From assembly GCF_009914755.1 (NCBI RefSeq), contig NC_060946.1: a stretch of DNA of 64,000 bases; one strand, written 5' to 3'. Source of the DNA: the human T2T-CHM13v2.0 reference genome, Homo sapiens. Both the position numbers and the translations under genes were made by a program. This document shows, piece after piece, positions 1-14,200 of the stretch (the stretch's first letter is position 1; each line of letters starts with the position of its first letter). Under the pieces are notes generated by a model. The model saw only the letters and a list, made by a program, of their open reading frames with translations, was not told the DNA's origin and did no database searches.

Positions 1-257
1 TCAAAAGAAAGATCCACCTCTGTTAGCTGAGTTCACACATCACAAACAAGTTTATGAGAATGCTTCTGTCTAGTTTTTATTTGAAGATATTTCCTTTCTC
101 ACCATAGACCTGAAAGCTGTCCTAATGTTCACTTCCAGATACTATAGAAAGAGTGTTTCAAAACTGCTGTACGAAAGGGAATGTTCAACTCTGTGACTTG
201 AATGCACACATCACAAAGAAGTTTCTGAGGATGCTGCTGTCTACTTTTTATACGTAA

Positions 258-274
258 TCCCGTTTCCAACGAAA
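258..274 (-). promoter_or_regulatory. CENP-B box, HOR position 1 (representative; recurs in each HOR)
   Basis: Plus strand tcccgtttccaacgaaa = minus strand TTTCGTTGGAAACGGGA, matching NTTCGNNNNANNCGGGN. Confidence 0.97.
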
Positions 275-599
275 TCCTCCAAGCTATCCAAATATCCACT
301 TGCAGATTCCACAGAAAGACTGTTTCAAAACTGCTCTGTCAATAGAAAGGTTCAACTCTGTTAGCTGCGTGCATATATCCCAAAGAAGATTCTGAGATTG
401 CTTCTGTCTACTTTTTATGAGAAGATATTTCCCTTTTCACTGTAGGTGTCAAGGCGCTCCAAATGTCCACTTCCAGATACTACAAAAAGAGTGTTTCAAA
501 CCTACTCTGTGAAAGGGAATATTCAACTCTGTGACTTGAATGCAGATATCACAAAGAAGTTTCTGAGAATGCTTCTGTCGAGATTTTATATGAAGATAT

Positions 600-616
600 T
601 CCCGTTTCCAACGAAA
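600..616 (-). promoter_or_regulatory. CENP-B box, HOR position 2 (representative)
   Basis: tcccgtttccaacgaaa, 342 bp after the previous box. Confidence 0.97.
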
Positions 617-941
617 TCGTGAAATCTATCCAAATATCCCCTCGCAGATTCTACAAAAAGAGTGTTTCAAAACTGCTCTGTAAAAAGAAAGGTTCAACTC
701 TGTTAGTTGAGTACACACATCACAAACAAGTTTCACAGAATGCTTCTTTCTAGCTTGTAGGGGAAGATATTCCCTTTATCACCATGGGCCTCAAACCGTC
801 CGAAACGTCTACTTCCATATACTACAAAAAGAGCGTTTCAAACCTGCTCTATGAAAAGCAATGTTCAACTCTGTGACTTGAATGCAGACATCACAGAGCC
901 GTTTCTGAGAATGCTTCTGTCTAGATTTTATAGGAAGATAT

Positions 942-958
942 TCCCGTTTCCAACGAAA
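942..958 (-). promoter_or_regulatory. CENP-B box, HOR position 3 (representative)
   Basis: tcccgtttccaacgaaa, 342 bp after the previous box. Confidence 0.97.
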
Positions 959-1283
959 TCTTCACAGCTATCCAAATATCCACTTGCAGATTCTACAAAA
1001 AGAGTGTATCAAAACTGCTCTGTCAAAAGGAAGGTTCTTCTCTGTTAGTTGAGTGCATGCGTCATAAAGGAGTTTCTGCGAATGTTTCTGTCTAGTGGTT
1101 ATGGGAAGATATTTGCTTTTTCACCTTAGGCCTCAGAGCGCTCCATATATCCCCTTGAACATACTACAAAAAGAGTGCTTCAAAGCTGCTCTCTGAAACG
1201 GAATGTTCAACTCTATGGGTTGAATGCAAACATCACAAAGACGTTTCTGAGAATGCTTCTGTCTAGATTTGATATGAAGATAT

Positions 1284-1300
1284 TCCCGTTTCCAACGAAA
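1284..1300 (-). promoter_or_regulatory. CENP-B box, HOR position 4 (representative)
   Basis: tcccgtttccaacgaaa; the next box is at 1622 (338 bp), so 342+342+342+338 = 1364. Confidence 0.97.
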
Positions 1301-1791
1301 TCTTCAAATCTATCCAAATGTCCACTTGCAGATTCAACAAAAAGTGTTTTTCAGAACTGCTCTATCAAAAGAAAGATCCACGGCTCTTAGCTGAGTTCAC
1401 ACATCACGAACAAGTTTATGAGAATGCTTCTGTCTAGTTTTTATTTGAAGATATTTCCTTTCTCACCATAGACCTGAAAGCTGTCCTAATGTTCACTTCC
1501 AGATACTACAGAAAGAGTGTTTCAAAACTGCTGTACGAAAGGGAATGTTCAACTCTGTGACTTGAATGCACACATCACAAAGAAGTTTCTGAGGATGCTG
1601 CTGTCTACTTTTTATACGTAATCCCGTTTCCAACGAAATCCTCCAAGCTATCCAAATATCCACTTGCAGATTCCACAGAAAGACTGTTTCAAAACTGCTC
1701 TGTCAATAGAAAGGTTCAACTCTGTTAGCTGCGTACATATATCCCAAAGAAGATTCTGAGATTGCTTCTGTCTACTTTTTATGAGAAGATA

Positions 1792-1809
1792 TTTCCCTTT
1801 TCACCGTAG
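1792..1809 (-). promoter_or_regulatory. pJalpha-type motif of an A-type monomer (representative; alternates with CENP-B boxes)
   Basis: Plus strand tttcccttttcaccgtag = minus strand CTACGGTGAAAAGGGAAA, at the box-equivalent position. Variants in the other A monomers are cctttctcaccatag, ccctttatcaccatg and gctttttcaccgtag. Confidence 0.8.
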
Positions 1810-4800
1810 GCGTCAAGGTGCTCAAAATGTCCACTTCCAGATACTACAAAAAGAGTGTTTCAAACCTACTCTGTGAAAGGGAATATTCAACTCTGTGACT
1901 TGAATGCACATATCACAAAGAAGCTTCTGAGAATGCTTCTGTCGAGATTTTATATGAAGATATTCCCGTTTCCAACGAAATCCTGAAATCTATCCAAATA
2001 TCCCCTCACAGATTCTACAAAAAGAGTGTTTCAAAACTGCTCTGTAAAAAGAAAGGTTCAACTCTGTTAGTTGAGTACACACATCACAAACAAGTTTCAC
2101 AGAATGCTTCTTTCTAGCTTGTAGGGGAAGATATTCCCTTTATCACCATGGGCCTCAAACCGTCCGAAACGTCCACTTCCATATACTACAAAAAGAGCGT
2201 TTCAAACCTGCTCTAGGAAAGGCAATGTTCAACTCTGTGACTTGAATGCAGACATCACAGAGCAGTTTCTGAGAATGCTTCTGTCTAGATTTTATAGGAA
2301 GATATTCCCGTTTCCAACGAAATCTTCACAGCTATCCAAATATCCACTTGCAGATTCTACAAAAAGAGTGTATCAAAACTGCTCAGTCAAAAGGAAGGTT
2401 CTTCTCTGTTAGGTGAGTGCATACGTCATAAAGGAGTTTCTGAGAATGTTTCTGTCTAGTGGTTATGGGAAGATATTTGCTTTTTCACCGTAGGCCTCAG
2501 AGCGCTCCAAATATCCACTTGCACATACTACAAAAAGAGTGCCTCAAAGCTGCTCTCTGAAACGGAATGTTCAACTCTATGAGTTGAATGCCAACATCAC
2601 AAAGACGTTTCTGAGAATGCTTCTGTCTGGACTTGATATGAAGATATTCCCGTTTCCAACGAAATCTTCAAATCTATCCAAATGTCCACTTGCAGATTCA
2701 ACAAAAAGTGTTTTTCAGAACTGCTCTATCAAAAGAAAGATCCACCTCTGTTAGCTGAGTTCACACATCACAAACAAGTTTATGAGAATGCTTCTGTCTA
2801 GTTTTTATTTGAAGATATTTCCTTTCTCACCATAGACCTGAAAGCTGTCCTAATGTTCACTTCCAGATACTACAGAAAGAGTGTTTCAAAACTGCTGTAC
2901 GAAAGGGAATGTTCAACTCTGTGACTTGAATGCACACATCACAAAGAAGTTTCTGAGGATGCTGCTGTCTACTTTTTATACGTAATCCCGTTTCCAACGA
3001 AATCCTCCAAGCTATCCAAATATCCACTTGCAGATTCCACAGAAAGACTGTTTCAAAACTACTCTGTCAATAGAAAGGTTCAACTCTGTTAGCTGCGTGC
3101 ATATATCCCAAAGAAGATTCTGAGATTGCTTCTGTCTAGTTTTTATGGGAAGATATTTCCCTTTTCACCGTAGGTGTCAAGGCGCTCCAAATGTCCACTT
3201 CCAGATACTACAAAAAGAGTGTTTCAAACCTACTCTGTGAAAGGGAATATTCAACTCTCTGACTTGAATGCAGATATCACAAAGAAGTTTCTGAGAATGC
3301 TTCTGTCGAGATGTTTTATGAAGATATTCCCGTTTCCAACGAAATCCTGAAATCTATCCAAAAATCCCCTCGCAGATTCTACAAAAAGAGTGTTTCAAAA
3401 CTGCTCTGTAAAAAGAAAGGTTCAACTCTGTTAGTTGAGTACACACATCACAAACAAGTTTCACAGAATGCTTCTTTCTAGCTTGTAGGGGAAGATATTC
3501 CCTTTATCACCATGGGCCTCAAACCGTCCGAAACGTCTACTTCCATATACTACAAAAAGAGCGTTTCAAACCTGCTCTATGAAAGGCAATGTTCAACTCT
3601 GTGACTTGAATGCAGACATCACAGACCAGTTTCTGAGAATGCTTCTGTCTAGATTTTATAGGAAGATATTCCCGTTTCCAACGAAATCTTCACAGCTATC
3701 CAAATATCCACTTGCAGATTCTACAAAAAGAGTGTATCAAAACTGCTCTGTCAAAAGGAAGGTTCTTCTCTGTTAGGTGAGTGCATACGTCATAAAGGAG
3801 TTTCTGAGAATGTTTCTGTCTAGTGGTTATGGGAAGATATTTGCTTTTTCACCTTAGGCCTCAGAGCGCTCCAAATATCCACTTGCACATACTACAAAAA
3901 GAGTGCCTCAAAGCTGCTCTCTGAAACGGAATGTTCAACTCTATGAGTTGAATGCAAACATCACAAAGACGTTTCTGAGAATGCTTCTGTCTAGATTTGA
4001 TATGAAGATATTCCCGTTTCCAACGAAATCTTCAAATCTATCCAAATGTCCACTTGCAGATTCAACAAAAAGTGTTTTTCCGAACTGCTCTATCAAAAGA
4101 AAGATCCACCTCTGTTAGCTGAGTTCACACATCACAAACAAGTTTATGAGAATGCTTCTGTCTAGTTTTTATTTGAAGATATTTCCTTTCTCACCATAGA
4201 CCTGAAAGCTGTCCTAATGTTCACTTCCAGATGCTACAGAAAGAGTGTTTCAAAACTGCTGTACGAAAGGGAATGTTCAACTCTGTGACTTGAATGCACA
4301 CATCACAAAGAAGTTTCTGAGGATGCTGCTGTCTACTTTTTATACGTAATCCCGTTTCCAACGAAATCCTCCAAGCTATCCAAATATCCACTTGCAGATT
4401 CCACAGAAAGACTGTTTCAAAACTGCTCTGTCAATAGAAAGGTTCAACTCTGTTAGCTGCGTGCATATATCCCAAAGAAGATTCTGAGATTGCTTCTGTC
4501 TAGTTTTTATGGGAAGATATTTCCCTTTTCACCGTAGGCGTCAAGGCGCTCCAAATGTCCACTTCCAGATACTACAAAAAGAGTGTTTCAAACCTACTCT
4601 GTGAAAGGGAATATTCAACTCTGTGACTTGAATGCAGATATCACAAAGAAGTTTCTGAGAATGCTTCTGTCGAGATTTTATATGAAGATATTCCCGTTTC
4701 CAATGAAATCCTGAAATCTATCCAAATATCCCCTCGCAGATTCTACAAAAAGAGTGTTTCAAAACTGCTCTGTAAAAAGAAAGGTTCAACTCTGTTAGTT

Positions 4801-5266
4801 GAGTACACACATCACAAACAAGTTTCACAGAATGCTTCTTTCTAGCTTGTAGGGGAAGATATTCCCTTTATCACCATGGGCCTCAAACCGTCCGAAACGT
4901 CCACTTCTATATACTACAAAAAGAGCGTTTCAAACCTGCTCTAGGAAAGGCAATGTTCAACTCTGTGACTTGAATGCAGACATCACAGAGCAGTTTCTGA
5001 GAATGCTTCTGTCTAGATTTTATAGGAAGATATTCCCGTTTCCAACGAAATCTTCACAGCTATCCAAATATCCACTTGCAGATTCTACAAAAAGAGTGTA
5101 TCAAAACTGCTCTGTCAAAAGGAAGGTTCTTCTCTGTTAGGTGAGTGCATACGTCATAAAGGAGTTTCTGAGAATGTTTCTGTCTAGTGGTTATGGGAAG
5201 ATATTTGCTTTTTCACCGTAGGCCTCAGAGCGCTCCAAATATCCACTTGCACATACTACAAAAAGA

Positions 5267-8200
5267 GTGCTTCAAAGCTGCTCTCTGAAAGTGAATGTTC
5301 AACTCTATGAGTTGAATGCAAACATCACAAAGACGTTTCTGAGAATGCTTCTGTCTAGATTTGATATGAAGATATTCCCGTTTCCAACGACATCTTCAAA
5401 TCTATCCAAATGTCCACTTGCAGATTCAACAAAACGTGTTTTTCAGAACTGCTCTATCAAAAGAAAGATCCACCTCTGTTAGCTGAGTTCACACATAACA
5501 AACAAGTTTATGAGAATGCTTCTGTCTAGTTTTTATTTGAAGATATTTCCTTTCTCACCATAGACCTGAAAGCTGTCCTAATGTTCACTTCCAGATACTA
5601 CAGAAAGAGTGTTTCAAAACTGCTGTACGAAAGGGAATGTTCAACTCTGTGACTTGAATGCACACATCACAAAGAAGTTTCTGAGGATGCTGCTGTCTAC
5701 TTTTTATACGTAATCCCGTTTCCAACGAAATCCTCAAAGCTATCCAAATATCCACTTGCAGATTCCACAGAAAGACTGTTTCAAAACTGCTCTGTCAATA
5801 GAAAGGTTCAACTCTGTTAGCTGCGTGCATATATCCCAAAGAAGATTCTGAGATTGCTTCTGTCTAGTTTTTATGGGAAGATATTTCCCTTTTCACCGTA
5901 GGTGTCAAGGCGCTCCAAATGTCCACTTCCAGATACTACAAAAAGAGTGTTTCAAACCTACTCTGTGAAAGGGAATATTCAACTCTGTGACTTGAATGCA
6001 CATATCACAAAGAAGTTTCTGAGAATGCTTCTGTCGAGATTTTCTATGAAGATATTCCCGTTTCCAACGAAATCCTGAAATCTATCCAAATATCCCCTCG
6101 CAGATTCTACAAAAAGAGTGTTTCAAAACTGCTCTGTAAAAAGAAAGGTTCAACTCTGTTAGTTGAGTACACACATCACAAACAAGTTTCACAGAATGCT
6201 TCTTTCTAGCTTGTAGGGGAAGATATTCCCTTTATCACCATGGGCCTCAAACCGTCCGAAACGTCTACTTCCATATACTACAAAAAGAGCGTTTCAAACC
6301 TGCTCTATGAAAAGCAATGTTCAACTCTGTGACTTGAATGCAGACATCACAGAGCAGTTTCTGAGAATGCTTCTGTCTAGATTTTATAGGAAGATATTCC
6401 CGTTTCCAACGAAATCTTCACAGCTATCCAAATATCCACTTGCAGATTCTACAAAAAGAGTGTATCAAAACTGCTCTGTCAAAAGGAAGGTTCTTCTCTG
6501 TTAGTTGAGTACATACTTCATAAAGGAGTTTCTGAGAATGTTTCTGTCTAGTCGTTATGGGAAGATATTTGCTTTTTCACCGTAGGCCTCAGAGCGCTCC
6601 AAATATCCCCTTGCACATACTACAAAAAGAGTGCTTCAGAGCTGCTCTCTGAAAGGGAATGTTCAACTCTATGAGTTGAATGCAAACATCACAAAGACGT
6701 TTCTGAGAATGCTTCTCTCTAGATTTGATATGAAGATATTCCCGTTTCCAACGAAATCTTCAAATCTATCCAAATGTCCACTTGCAGATTCAACAAAAAG
6801 TGTTTTTCAGAACTGCTCAATCAAAAGAAAGATCCACCTGTGTTAGCCGAGTTCACACATCACAAACAAGTTTATGAGAATGCTTCTGTCTAGTTTTTAT
6901 TTGAAGATATTTCCTTTCTCACCATAGACCTGAAAGCTGTCCTAATGTTCACTTCCAGATACTACAGAAAGAGTGTTTCAAAACTGCTGTACGAAAGGGA
7001 ATGTTCAACTCTGTGACTTGAATGCACACATCACAAAGAAGTTTCTGAGGATGCTGCTGTCTACTTTTTATACGTAATCCCGTTTCCAACGAAATCCTCA
7101 AAGCTATCCAAATATCCACTTGCAGATTCCACAGAAAGACTGTTTCAAAACTGCTCTGTCAATAGAAAGGTTCAACTCTGTTAGCTGCGTGCATATATCC
7201 CAAAGAAGATTCTGAGATTGCTTCTGTCTAGTTTTTATGGGAAGATATTTCCCTTTTCACCGTAGGTGTCAAGGCGCTCCAAATGTCCACTTCCAGATAC
7301 TACAAAAAGAGTGTTTCAAACCTACTCTGTGAAAGGGAATATTCAACTCTGTGACTTGAATGCAGATATCACAAAGAAGTTTCTGAGAATGCTTCTGTCG
7401 AGATTTTATATGAAGATATTCCCGTTTCCAACGAAATCCTGAAATCTATCCAAATATCCCCTCGCAGATTCTACAAAAAGAGTGTTTCAAAACTGCTCTG
7501 TAAAAAGAAAGGTTCAACTCTGTTAGTTGAGTACACACATCACAAACAAGTTTCACAGAATGCTTCTTTCTAGCTTGTAGGGGAAGATATTCCCTTTATC
7601 ACCATGGGCCTCAAACCGTCCGAAACGTCTACTTCCATATACTACAAAAAGAGCGTTTCAAACCTACTCTATGAAAGGCAATGTTCAACTCTGTGACTTG
7701 AATGCAGACATCACAGAGCAGTTTCTGAGAATGCTTCTGTCTGGATTTTATAGGAAGATATTCCCGTTTCCAACGAAATCTTCACAGCTATCCAAATATC
7801 CACTTGCAGATTCTACAAAAAGAGTGTATCAAAACTGCTCTGTCAAAAGGAAGGTTCTTCTCTGTTAGTTGAGTACATACGTCATAAAGGAGTTTCTGAG
7901 AATGTTTCTGTCTAGTGGTTATGGGAAGATATTTGCTTTTTCACCTTAGGCCTCAGAGCGCTCCAAATATCCCCTTGCACATACTACAAAAAGAGTGCTT
8001 CAAAGCTGCTCTCTGAAAGGGAATGTTCAACTCTATGAGTTGAATGCAAACATCACAAAGACGTTTCTTAGAATGCTTCTGTCTAGATTTGATATGAAGA
8101 TATTCCCGTTTCCAACGAAATCTTCATATCTATCCAAATGTCCACTTGCAGATTCAACAAAAAGTGTTTTTCAAAACTGCTGTATCAAAAGAAAGATCCA

Positions 8201-11200
8201 CCTCTGTTAGCTGAGTTCACACATCACAAACAAGTTTATGAGAATGCTTCTGTCTAGTTTTTATTTGAAGATATTTCCTTTCTCATCATAGACCTGAAAG
8301 CTGTCCTATTGTTCACTTCAGATACTACAGAAAGAGTGTTTCAAAACTGCTGTACGAAAGGGAATGTTCAACTCTGTGACTTGAATGCACACATCACAAA
8401 GAAGTTTCTGAGGATGCTGCTGTCTACTTTTTATACGTAATCCCGTTTCCAACGAAATCCTCCAAGCTATCCAAATATCCACTTGCAGATTCCACAGAAA
8501 GACTGTTTCAAAACTGCTCTGTCAATAGAAAGGTTCAACTCTGTTAGCTGCGTGCATATATCCCAAAGAAGATTCTGAGATTGCTTCTGTCTACTTTTTA
8601 TGAGAAGATATTTCCCTTTTCACCGTAGGCGTCAAGGCGCTCCAAATGTCCACTTCCAGATACTAGAAAAAGAGTGTTTCAAACCTACTCTGTGAAAGGG
8701 AATATTCAACTCTGTGACTTGAATGCACATATCACAAAGAAGCTTCTGAGAATGCTTCTGTCGAGATTTTTTATAAAGATATTCCGGTTTCCAACAAAAT
8801 CCTGAAATCTATCCAAATATCCCCTCGCAGATTCTACAAAAAGAGTGTTTCAAAACTGCTCTGTAAAAAGAAAGGTTCAACTCTGTTAGTTGAGTACACA
8901 CATCACAAACAAGTTTCACAGAATGCTTCTTTCTAGCTTGTAGGGGAAGATATTCCCTTTATCACCATGGGCCTCAAACCGTCCGAAACGTCCACTTCCA
9001 TATACTACAAAAAGAGCGTTTCAAACCTGCTCTAGGAAAGGCAATGTTCAACTCTGTGACTTGAATGCAGACATCACAGAGTAGTTTCTGAGAATGCTTC
9101 TGTCTAGATTTTATAGGAAGATATTCCCGTTTCCAACGAAATCTTCACAGCTATCCAAATATCCACTTGCAGATTCTACAAAAAGAGTGTATCAAAACTG
9201 CTCTGTCAAAAGGAAGGTTCTTCTCTGTTAGGTGAGTGCATACGTCATAAAGGAGTTTCTGAGAATGTTTCTGTCTAGTGGTTATGGGAAGATATTTGCT
9301 TTTTCACCGTAGGCCTCAGAGCGCTCCAAATATCCCCTTGCACATACTACAAAAAGAGTGCTTCAAAGCTGCTCTCTGAAAGGGAATGTTCAACTCTAAG
9401 AGTTGAATGCAAACATCACAAAGACGTTTCTGAGAATGCTTCTGTCTAGATTTGATATGAAGATATTCCCGTTTCCAACGAAATCTTCATATCTATCCAA
9501 ATGTCCACTTGCAGATTCAACAAAAAGTGTTTTTCAAAACTGCTGTATCAAAAGAAAGATCCACGTGTGTTAGCTGAGTTCACACATCACAAACAAGTTT
9601 ATGAGAATGCTTCTGTCTAGTTTTTATTTGAAGATATTTCCTTTCTCATCATAGACCTGAAAGCTGTCCTATTGTTCACTTCAGATACTACAGAAAGAGT
9701 GTTTCAAAACTGCTGTACGAAAGGGAATGTTCAACTCTGTGACTTGAATGCACACATCACAAAGAAGTTTCTGAGGATGCTGCTGTCTACTTTTTATACG
9801 TAATCCCGTTTCCAACGAAATCCTCCAAGCTATCCAAATATCCACTTCCAGATTCCACAGAAAGACTCTTTCAAAACTGCTCTGTCAATAGAAAGGTTCA
9901 ACTCTGTTAGCTGCGTGCATATATCCCAAAGAAGATTCTGAGATTGCTTCTGTCTACTTTTTATGAGAAGATATTTCCCTTTTCACCGTAGGTGTCAAGG
10001 CGCTCCAAATGTCCACTTCCAGATACTAGAAAAAGAGTGTTTCAAACCTACTCTGTGAAAGGGAATATTCAACTCTGTGACTTGAATGCACATATCACAA
10101 AGAAGCTTCTGAGAATGTTTCTGTCGAGATTTTATATAAAGATATTCCGGTTTCCAACAAAATCCTGAAATCTATCCAAATATCCCCTCGCAGATTCTAC
10201 AAAAAGAGTGTTTCAAAACTGCTCTGTAAAAAGAAAGGTTCAACTCTGTTAGTTGAGTACACACATCACAAACAAGTTTCACAGAATGCTTCTTTCTAGC
10301 TTGTAGGGGAAGATATTCCCTTTATCACCATGGGCCTCAAACCGTCCGAAACGTCCACTTCCATATACTACAAAAAGAGCGTTTCAAACCTGCTCTAGGA
10401 AAGGCAATGTTCAACTCTGTGACTTGAATGCAGACATCACAGAGTAGTTTCTGAGAATGCTTCTGTCTAGATTTTATAGGAAGATATTCCCGTTTCCAAC
10501 GAAATCTTCACAGCTATCCAAATATCCACTTGCAGATTCTACAAAAAGAGTGTATCAAAACTGCTCTGTCAAAAGGAAGGTTCTTCTCTGTTAGGTGAGT
10601 GCATACGTCATAAAGGAGTTTCTGAGAATGTTTCTGTCTAGTGGTTATGGGAAGATATTTGCTTTTTCACCGTAGGCCTCAGAGCGCTCCAAATATCCAC
10701 TTGCACATACTACAAAAAGAGTGCTTCAAAGCTGCTCTCTGAAAGTGAATGTTCAACTCTATGAGTTGAATGCAAACATCACAAAGACGTTTCTGAGAAT
10801 GCTTCTGTCTAGATTTGATATGAAGATATTCCCGTTTCCAACGACATCTTCAAATCTATCCAAATGTCCACTTGCAGATTCAACAAAACGTGTTTTTCAG
10901 AACTGCTCTATCAAAAGAAACATCCACCTCTGTTAGCTGAGTTCACACATAACAAACAAGTTCTTGAGAATGCTTCTGTCTAGTTTTTATTTGAAGATAT
11001 TTCCTTTCTCACCATAGACCTGAAAGCTGTCCTAATGTTCACTTCCAGATACTACAGAAAGAGTGTTTCAAAACTGCTCTACGAAAGGGAATGTTCAACT
11101 CTGTGACTTGAATGCACACATCACAAAGAAGTTTCTGAGGATGCTGCTGTCTACTTTTTATACGTAATCCCGTTTCCAACGAAATCCTCCAAGCTATCCA

Positions 11201-14200
11201 AATATCCACTTGCAGATTCCACAGAAAGACTGTTTCAAAACTGCTCTGTCAATAGAAAGGTTCAACTCTGTTAGCTGCGTGCATATATCCCAAAGAAGAT
11301 TCTGAGATTGCTTCTGTCTACTTTTTATGAGAAGATATTTCCCTTTTCACCGTAGGCGTCAAGGCGCTCCAAATGTCCACTTCCAGATACTACAAAAAGA
11401 GTGTTTCAAACCTACTCTGTGAAAGGGAATATTCAACTCTGTGACTTGAATGCACATATCACAAAGAAGCTTCTGAGAATGCTTCTGTCGAGATTTTCTA
11501 TGAAGATGTTCCCGTTTCCAACGAAATCCTGAAATCTATCCAAATATCCCCTCGCAGATTCTACAAAAAGAGTGTTTCAAAACTGCTCTGTAAAAAGAAA
11601 GGTTCAACTCTGTTAGTTGAGTACACACATCACAAACAAGTTTCACAGAATGCTTCTTTCTAGCTTGTAGGGGAAGATATTCCCTTTATCACCATGGGCC
11701 TCAAACCGTCCGAAACGTCTACTTCCATATACTACAAAAAGAGCGTTTCAAACCTGCTCTATGAAAAGCAATGTTCAACTCTGTGACTTGAATGCAGACA
11801 TCACAGAGCAGTTTCTGAGAATGCTTCTGTCTAGATTTTATAGGAAGATATTCCCGTTTCCAACGAAATCTTCACAGCTATCCAAATATCCACTTGCAGA
11901 TTCTACAAAAAGAGTGTATCAAAACTGCTCTGTCAAAAGGAAGGTTCTTCTCTGTTAGTTGAGTACATACGTCATAAAGGAGTTTCTGAGAATGTTTCTG
12001 TCTATTGGTTATGGGAAGATATTTGCTTTTTCACCTTAGGCCTCAGAGCGCTCAAAATATCCCCTTGCACATACTACAAAAAGAGTGCTTCAAAGCTGCT
12101 CTCTGAAACGGAATGTTCAACTCTATGGGTTGAATGCAAACATCACAAAGACGTTTCTGAGAATGCTTCTGTCTAGATTTGATATGAAGATATTCCCGTT
12201 TCCAAAGAAATCTTCAAATCTATCCAAATGTCCACTTGCAGATTCAACAAAAAGTGTTTTTCAGAACTGCTCTATCAAAAGAAGATCCACGTCTCTTAGC
12301 TGAGTTCACACATCACAAACAAGTTTATGAGAATGCTTCTGTCTAGTTTTTATTTGAAGATATTTCCTTTCTCACCATAGACCTGAAAGCTGTCCTAATG
12401 TTCACTTCCAGATACTACAGAAAGAGTGTTTCAAAACTGCTGTACGAAAGGGAATGTTCAACTCTGTGACTTGAATGCACACATCACAAAGAAGTTTCTG
12501 AGGATGCTGCTGTCTACTTTTTATACGTAATCCCGTTTCCAACGAAATCCTCCAAGCTATCCAAATATCCACTTGCAGATTCCACAGAAAGACTGTTTCA
12601 AAACTGCTCTGTCAATAGAAAGGTTCAACTCTGTTAGCTGCGTGCATATATCCCAAAGAAGATTCTGAGATTGCTTCTGTCTAGTTTTTATGGGAAGATA
12701 TTTCCCTTTTCACCGTAGGTGTCAAGGCGCTCCAAATGTCCACTTCCAGATACTACAAAAAGAGTGTTTCAAACCTACTCTGTGAAAGGGAATATTCAAC
12801 TCTGTGACTTGAATGCAGATATCACAAAGAAGTTTCTGAGAATGCTTCTGTCGAGATTTTATATGAAGATATTCCCGTTTCCAACGAAATCCTGAAATCT
12901 ATCCAAATATCCCCTCGCAGATTCTACAAAAAGAGTGTTTCAAAACTGCTCTGTAAAAAGAAAGGTTCAACTCTGTTAGTTGAGTACACACATCACAAAC
13001 AAGTTTCACAGAATGCTTCTTTCTAGCTTGTAGGGGAAGATATTCCCTTTATCACCATGGGCCTCAAACCGTCCGAAACGTCCACTTCCATATACTACAA
13101 AAAGAGCGTTTCAAACCTGCTCTAGGAAAGGCAATGTTCAACTCTGTGACTTGAATGCAGACATCACAGAGCAGTTTCTGAGAATGCTTCTGTCTAGATT
13201 TTATAGGAAGATATTCCCGTTTCCAACGAAATCTTCACAGCTATCCAAATATCCACTTGCAGATTCTACAAAAAGAGTGTATCAAAACTGCTCTGTCAAA
13301 AGGAAGGTTCTTCTCTGTTAGGTGAGTGCATACGTCATAAAGGAGTTTCTGAGAATGTTTCTGTCTAGTGGTTATGGGAAGATATTTGCTTTTTCACCGT
13401 AGGCCTCAGAGCGCTCCAAATATCCACTTGCACATACTACAAAAAGAGTGCTTCAAAGCTGCTCTCTGAAAGTGAATGTTCAACTCTATGAGTTGAATGC
13501 CAACATCACAAAGACGTTTCTGAGAATGCTTCTGTCTAGATTTGATATGAAGATATTCCCGTTTCCAACGACATCTTCAAATCTATCCAAATGTCCACTT
13601 GCAGATTCAACAAAACGTGTTTTTCAGAACTGCTCTATCAAAAGAAAGATCCACCTCTGTTAGCTGAGTTCACACATCACAAACAAGTTTATGAGAATGC
13701 TTCTGTCTAGTTTTTATTTGAAGATATTTCCTTTCTCACCATAGACCTGAAAGCTGTCCTAATGTTCACTTCCAGATACTACAGAAAGAGTGTTTCAAAA
13801 CTGCTGTACGAAAGGGAATGTTCAACTCTGTGACTTGAATGCACACATCACAAAGAAGTTTCTGAGGATGCTGCTGTCTACTTTTTATACGTAATCCCGT
13901 TTCCAACGAAATCCTCCAAGCTATCCAAATATCCACTTGCAGATTCCACAGAAAGACTGTTTCAAAACTGCTCTGTCAATAGAAAGGTTCAACTCTGTTA
14001 GCTGCGTGCATATATCCCAAAGAAGATTCTGAGATTGCTTCTGTCTACTTTTTATGAGAAGATATTTCCCTTTTCACCGTAGGTGTCAAGGCGCTCCAAA
14101 TGTCCACTTCCAGATACTACAAAAAGAGTGTTTCAAACCTACTCTGTGAAAGGGAATATTCAACTCTGTGACTTGAATGCACATATCACAAAGAAGTTTC

